Of a DNA stretch of 32,000 bases, positions 1-8,873 are shown in pieces. Source of the DNA: Nitrosopumilales archaeon (GTDB lineage: Archaea; Thermoproteota; Nitrososphaeria; Nitrososphaerales; Nitrosopumilaceae); contig QYQE01000045.1 of assembly GCA_007280335.1 (NCBI GenBank), forward strand, positions 12,158-44,157, in the 5' to 3' direction. The notes below the pieces were generated by a model, which was not told the DNA's origin, made no database searches, and worked only from the letters and a program-made list of their open reading frames with translations. How positions within the stretch are numbered: the first letter of the stretch is position 1; each line of letters starts with the position of its first letter. The position numbers and the translations under genes are program-made.

Positions 1-77
1 AACTGCTATTTTCAATTGAATCTTATTCTGAAAATACCTAATAAAAAGATGTGTAGTATTTTTTCTAATTCTAAATT

Positions 78-2987
78 CTATTCTATTAATATTGCAGGCT
101 TGAATGGCCTTGCAGTACGTGCTTTGTTTTTGGGATCGTATTTTTGGGCATCAGATTCCCCAAATACTTGTACCTCTACACCAAATTCTTTTTGCACAAG
201 AGAATTAATTTCTAAAAGAATTTTTTTCTCCTCTACAAGGCCTGACTTTGCCTTGGATTCTCTTGATTCTACAGGTTCTGATAAAATATCGTTAACAGTC
301 TTTTTGACAAAATCTGGATCCATTTTCACATTTTCTGTATCCTTATCTGCAATTAGAGATTTTATCAGGATCCCGATATTCATCTCACCTTTGATAACAC
401 TTGAAAGAATCTTTTGGTATGCCTTTGTCTTCCACGAGTCCGAAGTATAGATGATGATTCGCTTTGGTGAAATTTTGGTTACTTTGAGAATGTTTTTGAT
501 ATCTTCTAGTGTCGATTTGAGAAGGTTTTCTGACTGGAGTGCTGCAGCGTCAATCTTATTTTCAAGAACTGATGGCCACAAAGACTTTGAGACAACTCCA
601 GAATTTCCTAATTTATTCCACATCTCTTCTGCGATATGTGGTGCGAAAGGAGAAAGCATAGATACTCTTGCAGAAAAAATTTCATGTAAGGTACCAGATA
701 TGTTTTTTCTATTCTTTGCATCCGTTCTCTTTAGGTACCATTGTATGTCTGAATCAAATTCGTACAATACATAATGCAAGGCTTCACGCAATCTCATTTT
801 TTCCATAGCTGATGTAATTTCAAGGATAAGCTGTTGTAGTCTGCTTTGTAGCCATCTGTCTTCTTGCTCTTGATTGTTAGATTGGTCTGCTTTGTATTTT
901 GGGCATTCGCCCAACATATTTTCAAGCTTGTTTTTAATTCCTCTAACTGCTTCCAAATTAAAATCGGCATCCTGCAGTAGCTCTGCAGAAATTAAAATAG
1001 CTAATCTAATTGGGTCAGCACCATGAGTTCTAATTGCATCGCGTAGTGGAATTATGTTTCCCATTGATTTTGACATCTTTTTTCCTTCCATTAAGACAGA
1101 ACCATTTACCACTATTTCTTCAGGCCAGTATTTTTTTGGAAAGATTGCAATGTGATTAAAAACAAAGAAAGTTAGATGATTTGGAACAAGGTCACGCCCT
1201 GAATGTCTTGCATTAACAGGATAAAAATACTGAAATTCATTTTTAATATTTTCTAAAATATCATGTGATATTTTAGAAGATGAGGCGATTTTCTTCGAGT
1301 CTCCATCGCCCAAAAACACATAATCAAAAAATTCATCGCCGAGGTTTTCTGCCACTAGTTGTTTTTCATTTACATACTTTGCTAGAATATAGTATGCCAT
1401 GTAAATTACTGAATCTGATAAACTCTCAACTATCCAATCCTTGTCCCAAGGTAACTTTGTGCCAAGGCCATGTTGTCTTGCACATGCTCTTTCTCGAAGC
1501 CAATCTACAACATAATTGAATTCTCCTCGTATCTCTTCTGGGAGTATCTTCATCTCGTTTATCCACAAGTGTGTATCATCTTTCCATTTTTTGTTAGAAT
1601 AATCAAGAAACCACTGATTGTTGAGTAATTTTACTACACATTCAGATCCACATCTGCAACGTATTGGCCCATCATTTAGTTCAAACAAAATATCCGCATT
1701 ATTGCTTTGTAGAATCCATTTTTTGACTTCCTCTTTGGCATCTGCAACAGTTTTTTGCGCAAATCTTCCAGTGTTTTGTTTTAATTTTCCTCCGTAGAAT
1801 TCTTTGGCATAAAGCTCTTTTGTTGCCTCTTCAAGCTTAGGATTGTTTTGGTTTTCTATTTGGAATCTTTCAGTAACTTCCTTTGCAGGAATTTCTCCAT
1901 ATCCATCAGTTTGTATGATAGAAATTGGCAAAATTGTTTTTGCAATGGATGAAAGATTTTGATCATCACTTGACTTTTTAATATCTTCCAAAGCTTGATA
2001 GTCAAATGGTGCATGTGCTGGCACTGACATTACAATTCCAGTACCATTTTCACTTTTGACAAAGCTTGCAGGAAATATTACAATCTCTTCATTTCTATCT
2101 GGAATTTTGACTTTTTTGCCTACAAGTTCAGAGCCCTTTATCTCACCTATTACTTTGACTTTCTTATCAAGAAATTCTAGTTTTCTTGCGCATTCTGTAC
2201 TGACAATCCATGTCTCATTATCCACACTAGCAATCTTGTAAGTGACTTGTGGGTTTATCCACAGATTTGTCACACCAAATATTGTCTCAGGTCTAAGTGT
2301 GGCAGTTGGTATGATGTATTTTTCATATCTGAATTTGATGAGAATGTATTCTGTAAAACTTGGTTCTACATCTCCTAATGTATCATGTTGCGATACTGGA
2401 TTTTGATCCTTTGGACACCAACCAACAGGATGTGATCCTTGGATGACTAAATTCTTACTTCTTAGTTTTCTAAACTGCCACTCAATGAATTTATTATAGA
2501 CAGGGTCTATCGTAGTAAATTCTCTTCTCCAGTCTATCGAATAACCCATCTCTATCATTCCTGATTTTATTTCTTGATGGAAATAATCTGCAATCTTTAC
2601 TGGCTCAGAAAATTCTTTAATGTTTTTTTCTGGAACTTTGTATAATGTTCTAAAGGCTTCGATTAACTCCTTGTCATTTTCTTGAACACGTCTTGCCATA
2701 CCGAGAATTGGTGTTCCTGTATAGTGAAAGCCCATTGGAAAAAGGACGTTGTAGCCACGCATCCGCATAAATCTTGCATGAACGTCTGCCAAAGTGTAGG
2801 TTCTTCCATGACCTATATGCTGTGGGGAATTTGGATATGGATATGCTACTGTAACAAAGAATTTTTTTTGTGAGCTTGGATCTGCCTCGAAATACTTTTC
2901 ATCATGCCATATTTTTCTCCATTTGGATTCTATCGATAACCAATCTATCACAAAATCACTTTTCCAAAATCGATTTTTCTGCAGCAA
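78..2987 (-). CDS. leuS: Leucyl-tRNA synthetase (archaeal type)
   Basis: 969-aa ORF with the class I motifs HIGH (PQHIGHGRTY) and KMSKS (KMSKSMGN). The N-terminus is archaeal LeuRS-like (SIESKWRKIWHDEKYFEADP). The ORF-track start at 2987 is TTG. There is no in-frame ATG upstream of the HIGH motif. An in-frame GTG at 2951 would remove the 32-nt overlap with alaS. Confidence 0.95.
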   Translation of the reverse strand: MLQKNRFWKSDFVIDWLSIESKWRKIWHDEKYFEADPSSQKKFFVTVAYPYPNSPQHIGHGRTYTLADVHARFMRMRGYNVLFPMGFHYTGTPILGMARRVQENDKELIEAFRTLYKVPEKNIKEFSEPVKIADYFHQEIKSGMIEMGYSIDWRREFTTIDPVYNKFIEWQFRKLRSKNLVIQGSHPVGWCPKDQNPVSQHDTLGDVEPSFTEYILIKFRYEKYIIPTATLRPETIFGVTNLWINPQVTYKIASVDNETWIVSTECARKLEFLDKKVKVIGEIKGSELVGKKVKIPDRNEEIVIFPASFVKSENGTGIVMSVPAHAPFDYQALEDIKKSSDDQNLSSIAKTILPISIIQTDGYGEIPAKEVTERFQIENQNNPKLEEATKELYAKEFYGGKLKQNTGRFAQKTVADAKEEVKKWILQSNNADILFELNDGPIRCRCGSECVVKLLNNQWFLDYSNKKWKDDTHLWINEMKILPEEIRGEFNYVVDWLRERACARQHGLGTKLPWDKDWIVESLSDSVIYMAYYILAKYVNEKQLVAENLGDEFFDYVFLGDGDSKKIASSSKISHDILENIKNEFQYFYPVNARHSGRDLVPNHLTFFVFNHIAIFPKKYWPEEIVVNGSVLMEGKKMSKSMGNIIPLRDAIRTHGADPIRLAILISAELLQDADFNLEAVRGIKNKLENMLGECPKYKADQSNNQEQEDRWLQSRLQQLILEITSAMEKMRLREALHYVLYEFDSDIQWYLKRTDAKNRKNISGTLHEIFSARVSMLSPFAPHIAEEMWNKLGNSGVVSKSLWPSVLENKIDAAALQSENLLKSTLEDIKNILKVTKISPKRIIIYTSDSWKTKAYQKILSSVIKGEMNIGILIKSLIADKDTENVKMDPDFVKKTVNDILSEPVESRESKAKSGLVEEKKILLEINSLVQKEFGVEVQVFGESDAQKYDPKNKARTARPFKPAILIE

Positions 2988-5661
2988 GTAATGCGTCTTT
3001 TAGTTTTGTCACATCTTTTCCTCCGCCTTGACCAAAATTCTCATTTCCTCCTCCAGAACCGCCAAGGATTTTAGAAACATCACGAACTAAATCTCCTGCC
3101 TTCTTTGTTTTTATTGCCTCTGTACCTGCAAATGCAACTATTCGTATGCCGCTGTTTTTCAAAATCAATGCACAGTATATCATAGATGGGTCTATCATGA
3201 TTGTTTGCTCTCCTACCGCAATATGAAATTCTTCATCCATCTCCTCATCTATTGTAGTGTATAGTTTTACTTTGCCAAGGTTTTTTGCCTGAGATATTAC
3301 GTTTTTTGCAGTAGACTCTGATACTCGTTTGATCAATTGTTTTAGCTTCTTCTTGGATAAATCAGCATCTTTCATGGTGTGTTCAAATGATTCCATTATC
3401 TTTTCTTTACTAGAACCTAGTAACTTTACAATTTGTGAAATTTTTCTATCTTGATTTTGAGTATATTTTATTGCAGTCTCACCTGAAACAAATTCGATTC
3501 TTACAACCCCATCCTGAATTCTTTCTGCCTTTGTAATTTTAATGAGTCCTATCTCTCCTGTTTTTTTTACATGTGTTCCTCCACAAGCTTCCACATCATA
3601 ACCTTCAATGTTTACAATTCTGACTAGCTTTACTGGAACTACACCACCTTGGTAAATCCTAAATCCGTATTTTTGTTCAGCATGTCCTCTTTCAAACTCA
3701 TTAATCATGATAGGAATATCTCTTCTAATAGTAAAATTTGCCAAATCTTCAATTTTCATTATGTCATCTTCAGTCAAGTTAGAATGATGTGTTATGTCCA
3801 ATCTACCATATTCTTTTTCCTTAAATGCAGAGTGTTGCCAAATCCATGATCCTAGAGTTTTTCGTGCAGAAGCATTTAGCACGTGAGTGCTACTATGATT
3901 TCTTGTTATTCCATATCTACGAGATACATCTATTGCACATCTCACAGTTTCTCCCTCTTTCAGTGTGCCATCTTTGAGTTCATGAACTACAACATTTCCA
4001 TGTTTATTTACATCAATAACATCAAAGGCACAGATCTTTCCATGGTCTGGTTCCTGACCTCCTCCTCTTGGATAAAATGATGTCTTGTCTAAAACTACTA
4101 GTTTGTTTTTTATTATTTTGAGAACCTTGGCCTCAAACTCTTCTGGATCATGTTTATAGTATAATAGTTCGGTATCTGGAATTCCTTTCAAGTCAAGATC
4201 TTCTTTTTTCTCTTGTTTTTCTGATTGATGTAATTCTGATAATCTTTCATAAAAGGTAGGAGGAATTTCAGAAATTATTTGAGTCTCTTTTAAAAAGTCA
4301 GGTGTTATTCCGTCAGATTCGTATAGCCTGATAAGATCGTCAACGGTCAATTTTTTGTCTTGACTCTTTAGAGTACTTGCAATGCTTTTCATTCTTGTTT
4401 TTGATTCATTGTATCGCTCTCTTTCTATTCCAACTATGGTCTTGACATCATTTCTTGTTTCTTCTAATTCTGGATAAGTTGATTTTAGATAATCAATATG
4501 CATGTCAACTAATTCTTTTAGATCAAAATTCCAGCCAAACCTGTCCATTGTAGCTACTGTTCTTCTTAGAATCATTCGCAAGTTGTATCCCCCACCTACA
4601 TTACTTGGCAGGGCACCATCAGAAATTGCAAATACCAAAGTCCTAAGATGATCAGCAATTAAATAAATCCCCTCAAGTGGTGCTATTGTTTTATTGAATC
4701 TGTTTTCATCAATCCCTGCTTGTTTTGCAGCAATTTTTCTTGCAATTGATATATCGTTTGAATCGCTAAGGCTTTTTGCTAACGATATGAAATAATTTGA
4801 TATCGTTTTAGAATCAAGATCGATTCCTGCCTTTTGAATGAGATTTTTTGTAATAGGGCCAAAACAACAATCGTATGCAGTTGGGGTGCCCATAGTAATC
4901 CAAGCAAACCTCTCAAGGCCTGCTCCCATGTCTATTATTTTTTGATCCAAAACAGAATAGTTGTCTAGATCTCCCTGAAATTCAGTAAAGACTGCATTTC
5001 CAAGTTCCAGTCCTCTAACGAAATATTCCAATGAAGAACCAAATGAACCGCCCCCCGCCCAGACATCCTCTACAAAAACTACCTCTTTTTTATCAATACC
5101 AAATCTTTCTGTCAGTAGTCTGAAATCTAGATCAACACATTTGTCTTTCCAATATCCTTGCGAGTTTGGAATGCTGTGCTGACCAATCATACAAAAACTA
5201 GAAAAGTGTCTTCCGGTAACTCCAACATTTTCAATGTCTTTGAATCTAAGACAAATTTGTGGTACTACTAGAGGATTTGCAGGAAATTCAAAAACAACCT
5301 TGGATCCCATCACTCTTTGAAAGTCTACAATTGATGCTATTGTAAAATACAGATCATCGCGCCATCTGCAGACAACTGGGTATCTGCTAACTGACCTGTG
5401 ACCGTTTTGTACAAAAAAAGATTCTACTTCTCTCCATGCTTGAACATAATCAAATCTTTTCTTTGTAGGGGGATTACCAATAAATGAATAATTATTTTCA
5501 GAATCATCAGGACAAAAGTTTTGATTAATATCAAGAGTCCAGAAATATCGTTTGCATTTTGCGCATGATTTTCTTACAAATCCCTCATTTTCAAATAATG
5601 CTACTTTGTAATACCTATCGGGATCGGCAGAAAACTTTGCAAGAATTTGTTCCTTATCCAT
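2956..5661 (-). CDS. alaS: Alanyl-tRNA synthetase
   Basis: Long ORF 2956-5712. It has an archaeal AlaRS N-terminus (FVRKSCAKCKRYFWT), editing-domain motifs HxxxH (HSSTH) and CxxxH (EACGGTHV), and a Gly-rich C-terminal domain (GGSGGGNENFGQGGG). I set the start to ATG 5661 (MDKEQILAKF...), because the 5712 ATG would abut the divergent neighbour. Confidence 0.95.
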   Translation of the reverse strand: MDKEQILAKFSADPDRYYKVALFENEGFVRKSCAKCKRYFWTLDINQNFCPDDSENNYSFIGNPPTKKRFDYVQAWREVESFFVQNGHRSVSRYPVVCRWRDDLYFTIASIVDFQRVMGSKVVFEFPANPLVVPQICLRFKDIENVGVTGRHFSSFCMIGQHSIPNSQGYWKDKCVDLDFRLLTERFGIDKKEVVFVEDVWAGGGSFGSSLEYFVRGLELGNAVFTEFQGDLDNYSVLDQKIIDMGAGLERFAWITMGTPTAYDCCFGPITKNLIQKAGIDLDSKTISNYFISLAKSLSDSNDISIARKIAAKQAGIDENRFNKTIAPLEGIYLIADHLRTLVFAISDGALPSNVGGGYNLRMILRRTVATMDRFGWNFDLKELVDMHIDYLKSTYPELEETRNDVKTIVGIERERYNESKTRMKSIASTLKSQDKKLTVDDLIRLYESDGITPDFLKETQIISEIPPTFYERLSELHQSEKQEKKEDLDLKGIPDTELLYYKHDPEEFEAKVLKIIKNKLVVLDKTSFYPRGGGQEPDHGKICAFDVIDVNKHGNVVVHELKDGTLKEGETVRCAIDVSRRYGITRNHSSTHVLNASARKTLGSWIWQHSAFKEKEYGRLDITHHSNLTEDDIMKIEDLANFTIRRDIPIMINEFERGHAEQKYGFRIYQGGVVPVKLVRIVNIEGYDVEACGGTHVKKTGEIGLIKITKAERIQDGVVRIEFVSGETAIKYTQNQDRKISQIVKLLGSSKEKIMESFEHTMKDADLSKKKLKQLIKRVSESTAKNVISQAKNLGKVKLYTTIDEEMDEEFHIAVGEQTIMIDPSMIYCALILKNSGIRIVAFAGTEAIKTKKAGDLVRDVSKILGGSGGGNENFGQGGGKDVTKLKDALLAAEKSILEK

Positions 5662-5717
5662 CTTTGAGAAGTTTTCGGAATGACCGATATTAAGTATTAT
5701 GAAGCAACACATTAAAT

Positions 5718-6248
5718 ATGATCTTTTTTGAGAATGTTGCTATGTTCAGTAAAAAAACCTGGAAAGAAGGAGATCATGCTTTCATATCCGTTCAGGATGG
5801 AGAATTTAGAAATATTGTTGTTGGAGTGGTTACAGGCGTTGAAGATTCCAAGATAGGTATTAACGGTATTATAATAAACGCAGTTGGCCTCAAAAATAAA
5901 GTTGCTCAAGGCAAGGCAGGGCAGCAATCTATAGGACAGCTGAAAAATCCAGACCCAAAAGATTGCATATTGGCTTTGATATACAGAGTAGAACATGATA
6001 ATTATACTGGTGTCTTTGACGTAAACATTGATCCTGTAGTAAAAATACACAAAAGAATTCATAATGTAATTGATGGGTGGGTAAGAGAATCAATTCCAGA
6101 AATGATAAACAACGTTCTTTCACTGCCTGATGGTACAGAAAAAGATCAAGCAAAAAGAATTCTCAAGCAAAGAATGGATACCTTATATGATAAAGAATTG
6201 AAAAAATATATGTACTCTATTTGTCGCAGTCTTAAGATTCTAAACTAG
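5718..6248 (+). CDS. Hypothetical protein (orphan, no recognisable motif)
   Basis: 176-aa ORF with balanced, charged composition and a helical-looking C-terminus (DQAKRILKQRMDTLYDKELKKYMY). The competing antisense ORF 5712-6062 is F/Y/N/I-rich junk. An alternative ATG lies at 5742 (MFSKKTWKEG). Confidence 0.6.
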   Translation: MIFFENVAMFSKKTWKEGDHAFISVQDGEFRNIVVGVVTGVEDSKIGINGIIINAVGLKNKVAQGKAGQQSIGQLKNPDPKDCILALIYRVEHDNYTGVFDVNIDPVVKIHKRIHNVIDGWVRESIPEMINNVLSLPDGTEKDQAKRILKQRMDTLYDKELKKYMYSICRSLKILN

Positions 6249-6315
6249 TCTATTTTTTACATTTACAAGTTTTGTATCTTAGAATAATAAATTCAATTCA
6301 ACATCTACTCCATAG

Positions 6316-6325
6316 TTTTATATTA
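6316..6325 (+). promoter_or_regulatory. TATA-like box for the stand-alone P1 gene
   Basis: TTTTATATTA is centred about 29 nt upstream of ATG 6350, consistent with a leaderless or near-leaderless transcript. Confidence 0.4.
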
Positions 6326-6349
6326 TGCCTTTAGCAAATCCCGTTTACG

Positions 6350-6649
6350 ATGGAATACGTATATGCCGCATTACTTTTGCACAAGCAAAAGAAGGAAATT
6401 AACGAGGCTAATGTTACAAGCGTAATCAAAGCTTCAGGAGCTGCAGTGAATGAAGCACAAGTAAAGGCACTTGTAGCAGCACTCGCTGACGTAAACATTG
6501 ATGAAGCTATCAAAGCAGCCCCCGTAGCAATTGCAGCAGCACCTGCCGCAGCAGCATCTGGTGGAAAGGAAGAAAAGAAAGAAGTAGAGACACCATCTGC
6601 AAAGACAGAAGAACAAGCAATGGAAGGCCTCTCTGCGTTGTTTGGTTAA
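6350..6649 (+). CDS. rpl12: Ribosomal stalk protein P1 (archaeal L12)
   Basis: 99 aa. N-terminus [11 protein letters not shown], Ala/Pro hinge, acidic KEEKKE stretch, and the conserved stalk tail [13 protein letters not shown] at the C-terminus. Confidence 0.92.
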   Translation: MEYVYAALLLHKQKKEINEANVTSVIKASGAAVNEAQVKALVAALADVNIDEAIKAAPVAIAAAPAAAASGGKEEKKEVETPSAKTEEQAMEGLSALFG

Positions 6650-6685
6650 ACAACCAATTAAAAATTCAACAGCTTCAATTTTATC

Positions 6686-6698
6686 TTTTTAACTTTTT
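6686..6698 (+). terminator. Oligo-T terminator after the P1 gene
   Basis: TTTTTAACTTTTT, about 40 nt after the stop, in the convergent gap with the condensing-enzyme gene. Confidence 0.4.
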
Positions 6699-6726
6699 CA
6701 AGCATTTACTATGTAGGGATATCTTA

Positions 6727-7833
6727 TTAATGGACTTTGTAAAGAAATGCATCAGCGCCATCCCAACCATAATCGACTATTCCTCCAAGATCTCCTTTGC
6801 ATAAAATTTTTCGCTCTATTGACTCTCTCATTAATTGCATTGAGCTTACGGCGCCAGTATTCCCAGTTTCTCTCATTAGTTCATAAGTTAGTTTTGAATG
6901 GTTTTTTGTTATATGGCACCTTTCTCTAACATAATCAACAAACATCTTGCCTGCAGGATGAAGCCCCCAGAACTTTACTTTGTTGAAATCCTTAGGAAAT
7001 TTTTGTTTAATATAACAAACGTTTTGAGCAGAAAGATCTGCAGCAGTTTCTCTTAAAATTTTTGTATTTACAACCATATCGAAGGCTATCCTATGATAAC
7101 TATTAGGTGAAAGATTTATTGTGGCTTTTTTATAACCATTCATATTAGTATCTTTTCGTGAAGAAATTGTTTTAATGTCTATTTGTGCTATACATTTGTT
7201 TGATCCTTCTGATTGTGATACTAATGCACCAGATACAGCATCACTAAAAATTAAGAAATAAATAAAATTATTAAAATCATTTCTGTTTTTTATAGAAACG
7301 CGATCAATTTGTTTTATTCTATCCAAAAACCAACTTGTATAATATGTGCCTATAAGAATAAGCACATCTCCTTTGTAACCCAACGCAAAGTGTCCTGAAG
7401 CATTTCTAAGAGCTTCAGAGAAAGAAGAACATGCCATACCTTGGAAATTTTGTGTACGAACATCCTTGTTTAATCCCAGTCTAGCTGTAATTTCTACAGT
7501 GGGTGAAGGATCAAGATACTGCTGATTGTCGTTTATAGTTATAAGAAGGCTGATATCATCAGGTTTCCTTTTTGAGGAACGTAAGATCTTTTCAGCAATT
7601 TTTACATACATGTCATTAAGTCTAACGTCAGGTACCAAGTATTGTGGATCTTTAATTTTCACTTTTGATAAATCGTATGCTTTGAAAATTCTTTCTATAC
7701 CTAATTCTTTTTTGGCAAATTTTTTTACATCCTCATCTAATTTATCACTGAATAAACCATCCACAAGTTCTTCTACGCTATAATAATAGTCTGAGAAATT
7801 AACTTCTATATTTGAAATATCGATTACTGGCAT
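6727..7833 (-). CDS. Thiolase-fold condensing enzyme, type III polyketide synthase / FabH-like (Cys-His-Asn triad)
   Basis: 368 aa. Candidate triad: Cys135 in QGMACSSF (codon 7429-7431), His292 in FWGLHPAG, Asn325 in TGNTGAVSS. LIFSDAVSGALV corresponds to the (L/I)FGDGA loop. FWxxHP(G/A)G and the 33-residue His-to-Asn spacing match chalcone-synthase-type enzymes. ATG start; 3 nt downstream of the LLM gene stop. Confidence 0.75.
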   Translation of the reverse strand: MPVIDISNIEVNFSDYYYSVEELVDGLFSDKLDEDVKKFAKKELGIERIFKAYDLSKVKIKDPQYLVPDVRLNDMYVKIAEKILRSSKRKPDDISLLITINDNQQYLDPSPTVEITARLGLNKDVRTQNFQGMACSSFSEALRNASGHFALGYKGDVLILIGTYYTSWFLDRIKQIDRVSIKNRNDFNNFIYFLIFSDAVSGALVSQSEGSNKCIAQIDIKTISSRKDTNMNGYKKATINLSPNSYHRIAFDMVVNTKILRETAADLSAQNVCYIKQKFPKDFNKVKFWGLHPAGKMFVDYVRERCHITKNHSKLTYELMRETGNTGAVSSMQLMRESIERKILCKGDLGGIVDYGWDGADAFLYKVH

Positions 7834-7836
7834 ATC

Positions 7837-8772
7837 TTAAAAATTGTTTGCTAGATTATGTAACTTTTTAAAGAATTCAGTATTGTAACTGTTTCTTGGT
7901 AAATCAAAAGCTGAAACTACAGTTTTGATTTTAGTCCTATCGGAATACTCCATTATCTTCCTAGCGCATTCCTTAGCTCCACCAAAAATTGACAATTCTT
8001 CCACTAATTTATCACTAACTTGTTCTGATGCAGCAATAAGACCATACCTTATAAAATTCTCACGAATTAAACGAACTTCATTTTTATAGCCTGCTTTTTC
8101 TAAAGGTATAGAATAAAATTTATTCGCACCTACATAATTTGCGATAGTCATGCGTAAGGCATTTCTACTTTTTTCTTTTGAATCATCAACAAATGTTGGG
8201 AGGATCGAAATAATCTCAAATGAATTTTGATCTCTTCCTAAAGAAGATAATTTATTTCTAAGAATTTTAGTAATACGTCTGATTTCGCTTTCAGGTTTTA
8301 AAAAAAATATTACGCCATCAGCATGTTCTGCTGCGAGGTGAGTAATTTTATCACCTATCACCGCCCAAAAAATAGGACCTTTATATTGAAACTTTATGTA
8401 ATCAGTATACGTCATAATTCTTGATAATGGTTTCTCAAATTTCATACCATACATATTTTCAATAATAAGAGGGGCACTTGTTCCTAAACCCAGCACAAAT
8501 TTTCCGCCTGCCTTATAGTAGATCTCCCTAGAGAGTTTGAGTAACTTATCTTTACTCCTTGAAAAAATATTTACAATGCCAGTCCCTAATACCACATTTT
8601 CTACTTTTCCAGCTAGCCCTTGTAGAGCTTCAAAGGCATCGACCCCAATAAACTTCGGATGAGTTTCGGGAATAAAATAATAATTTAGCATCTGTGCATC
8701 TGCAATTATCGCTGCCTTTCTCACCGCAATTAAAGGCGCTCTTATACCAAGTTCTATACCTATACTTTGCAT
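7837..8772 (-). CDS. Luciferase-like monooxygenase (LLM) family oxidoreductase, possibly F420-dependent
   Basis: 311 aa. LLM/Mer-like features: N-terminal GIELG, IPETHP, VLGLGTS, and the C-terminal motif EELSIFGGAKECARKI, typical of LLM class F420-dependent oxidoreductases. Cofactor not determinable by eye. Confidence 0.8.
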   Translation of the reverse strand: MQSIGIELGIRAPLIAVRKAAIIADAQMLNYYFIPETHPKFIGVDAFEALQGLAGKVENVVLGTGIVNIFSRSKDKLLKLSREIYYKAGGKFVLGLGTSAPLIIENMYGMKFEKPLSRIMTYTDYIKFQYKGPIFWAVIGDKITHLAAEHADGVIFFLKPESEIRRITKILRNKLSSLGRDQNSFEIISILPTFVDDSKEKSRNALRMTIANYVGANKFYSIPLEKAGYKNEVRLIRENFIRYGLIAASEQVSDKLVEELSIFGGAKECARKIMEYSDRTKIKTVVSAFDLPRNSYNTEFFKKLHNLANNF

Positions 8773-8794
8773 TACTCTAGAATTGATTATTTAT

Positions 8795-8808
8795 CTAGTT
8801 TAAATGCT
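8795..8808 (-). promoter_or_regulatory. TATA-like box for the LLM / condensing-enzyme operon
   Basis: TTTAAAT (palindromic core TTTAAA, + strand 8799-8805) is centred about 30 nt upstream of the LLM ATG at 8772. It lies in the 101-bp gap after lpd. Confidence 0.35.
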
Positions 8809-8873
8809 TATTAGAAGATAAAAGCCAAAAAGAAGAGGAATAATTTTATCTATTAATCGAAGGCTATGGATTT

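Noticed and set aside
16-2873. Plus-strand ORFs 16-450, 451-774, 1280-1519, 2056-2241 and 2682-2873
   Set aside because: All lie antisense to the strongly supported leuS gene. Their products are low-complexity and F/S/I/L-rich, several start at TTG, and none has a recognisable motif.
5712-6153. Minus-strand ORFs 5712-6062 and 5929-6153, opposite the orphan gene
   Set aside because: Their composition (F/Y/N/I/C-rich) is typical of antisense reading in AT-rich DNA. The plus-strand ORF is longer and protein-like.
6326-6403. 25-aa upstream ORF ([25 protein letters not shown]) overlapping the P1 start out of frame
   Set aside because: It begins within or just after the putative TATA box, so it probably lies 5' of the transcription start. 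It has no conservation signal, and I consider it a chance ORF.
6331-6616. Cys/Ala-rich minus-strand ORFs overlapping the P1 gene
   Set aside because: They are an artefact of reading the GCA/GCT/GAA-rich P1 hinge on the opposite strand. P1 identity is unambiguous.
6727-7833. Assignment of the condensing enzyme as HMG-CoA synthase or acetoacetyl-CoA thiolase (the usual archaeal thiolase-fold enzymes)
   Set aside because: The active-site context is GMACSSF with downstream HPAG and GNTG (Cys-His-Asn). It lacks the HMGS Glu-Cys-His pattern (NACYGG-type) and the two-Cys pattern of a thiolase.
8786-8852. Direct repeat TTTATCTA (8790-8797 and 8845-8852) upstream of the LLM operon
   Set aside because: An 8-mer repeat in an extremely AT-rich spacer is not statistically compelling. 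It might be an operator pair, but this cannot be supported from the sequence alone.
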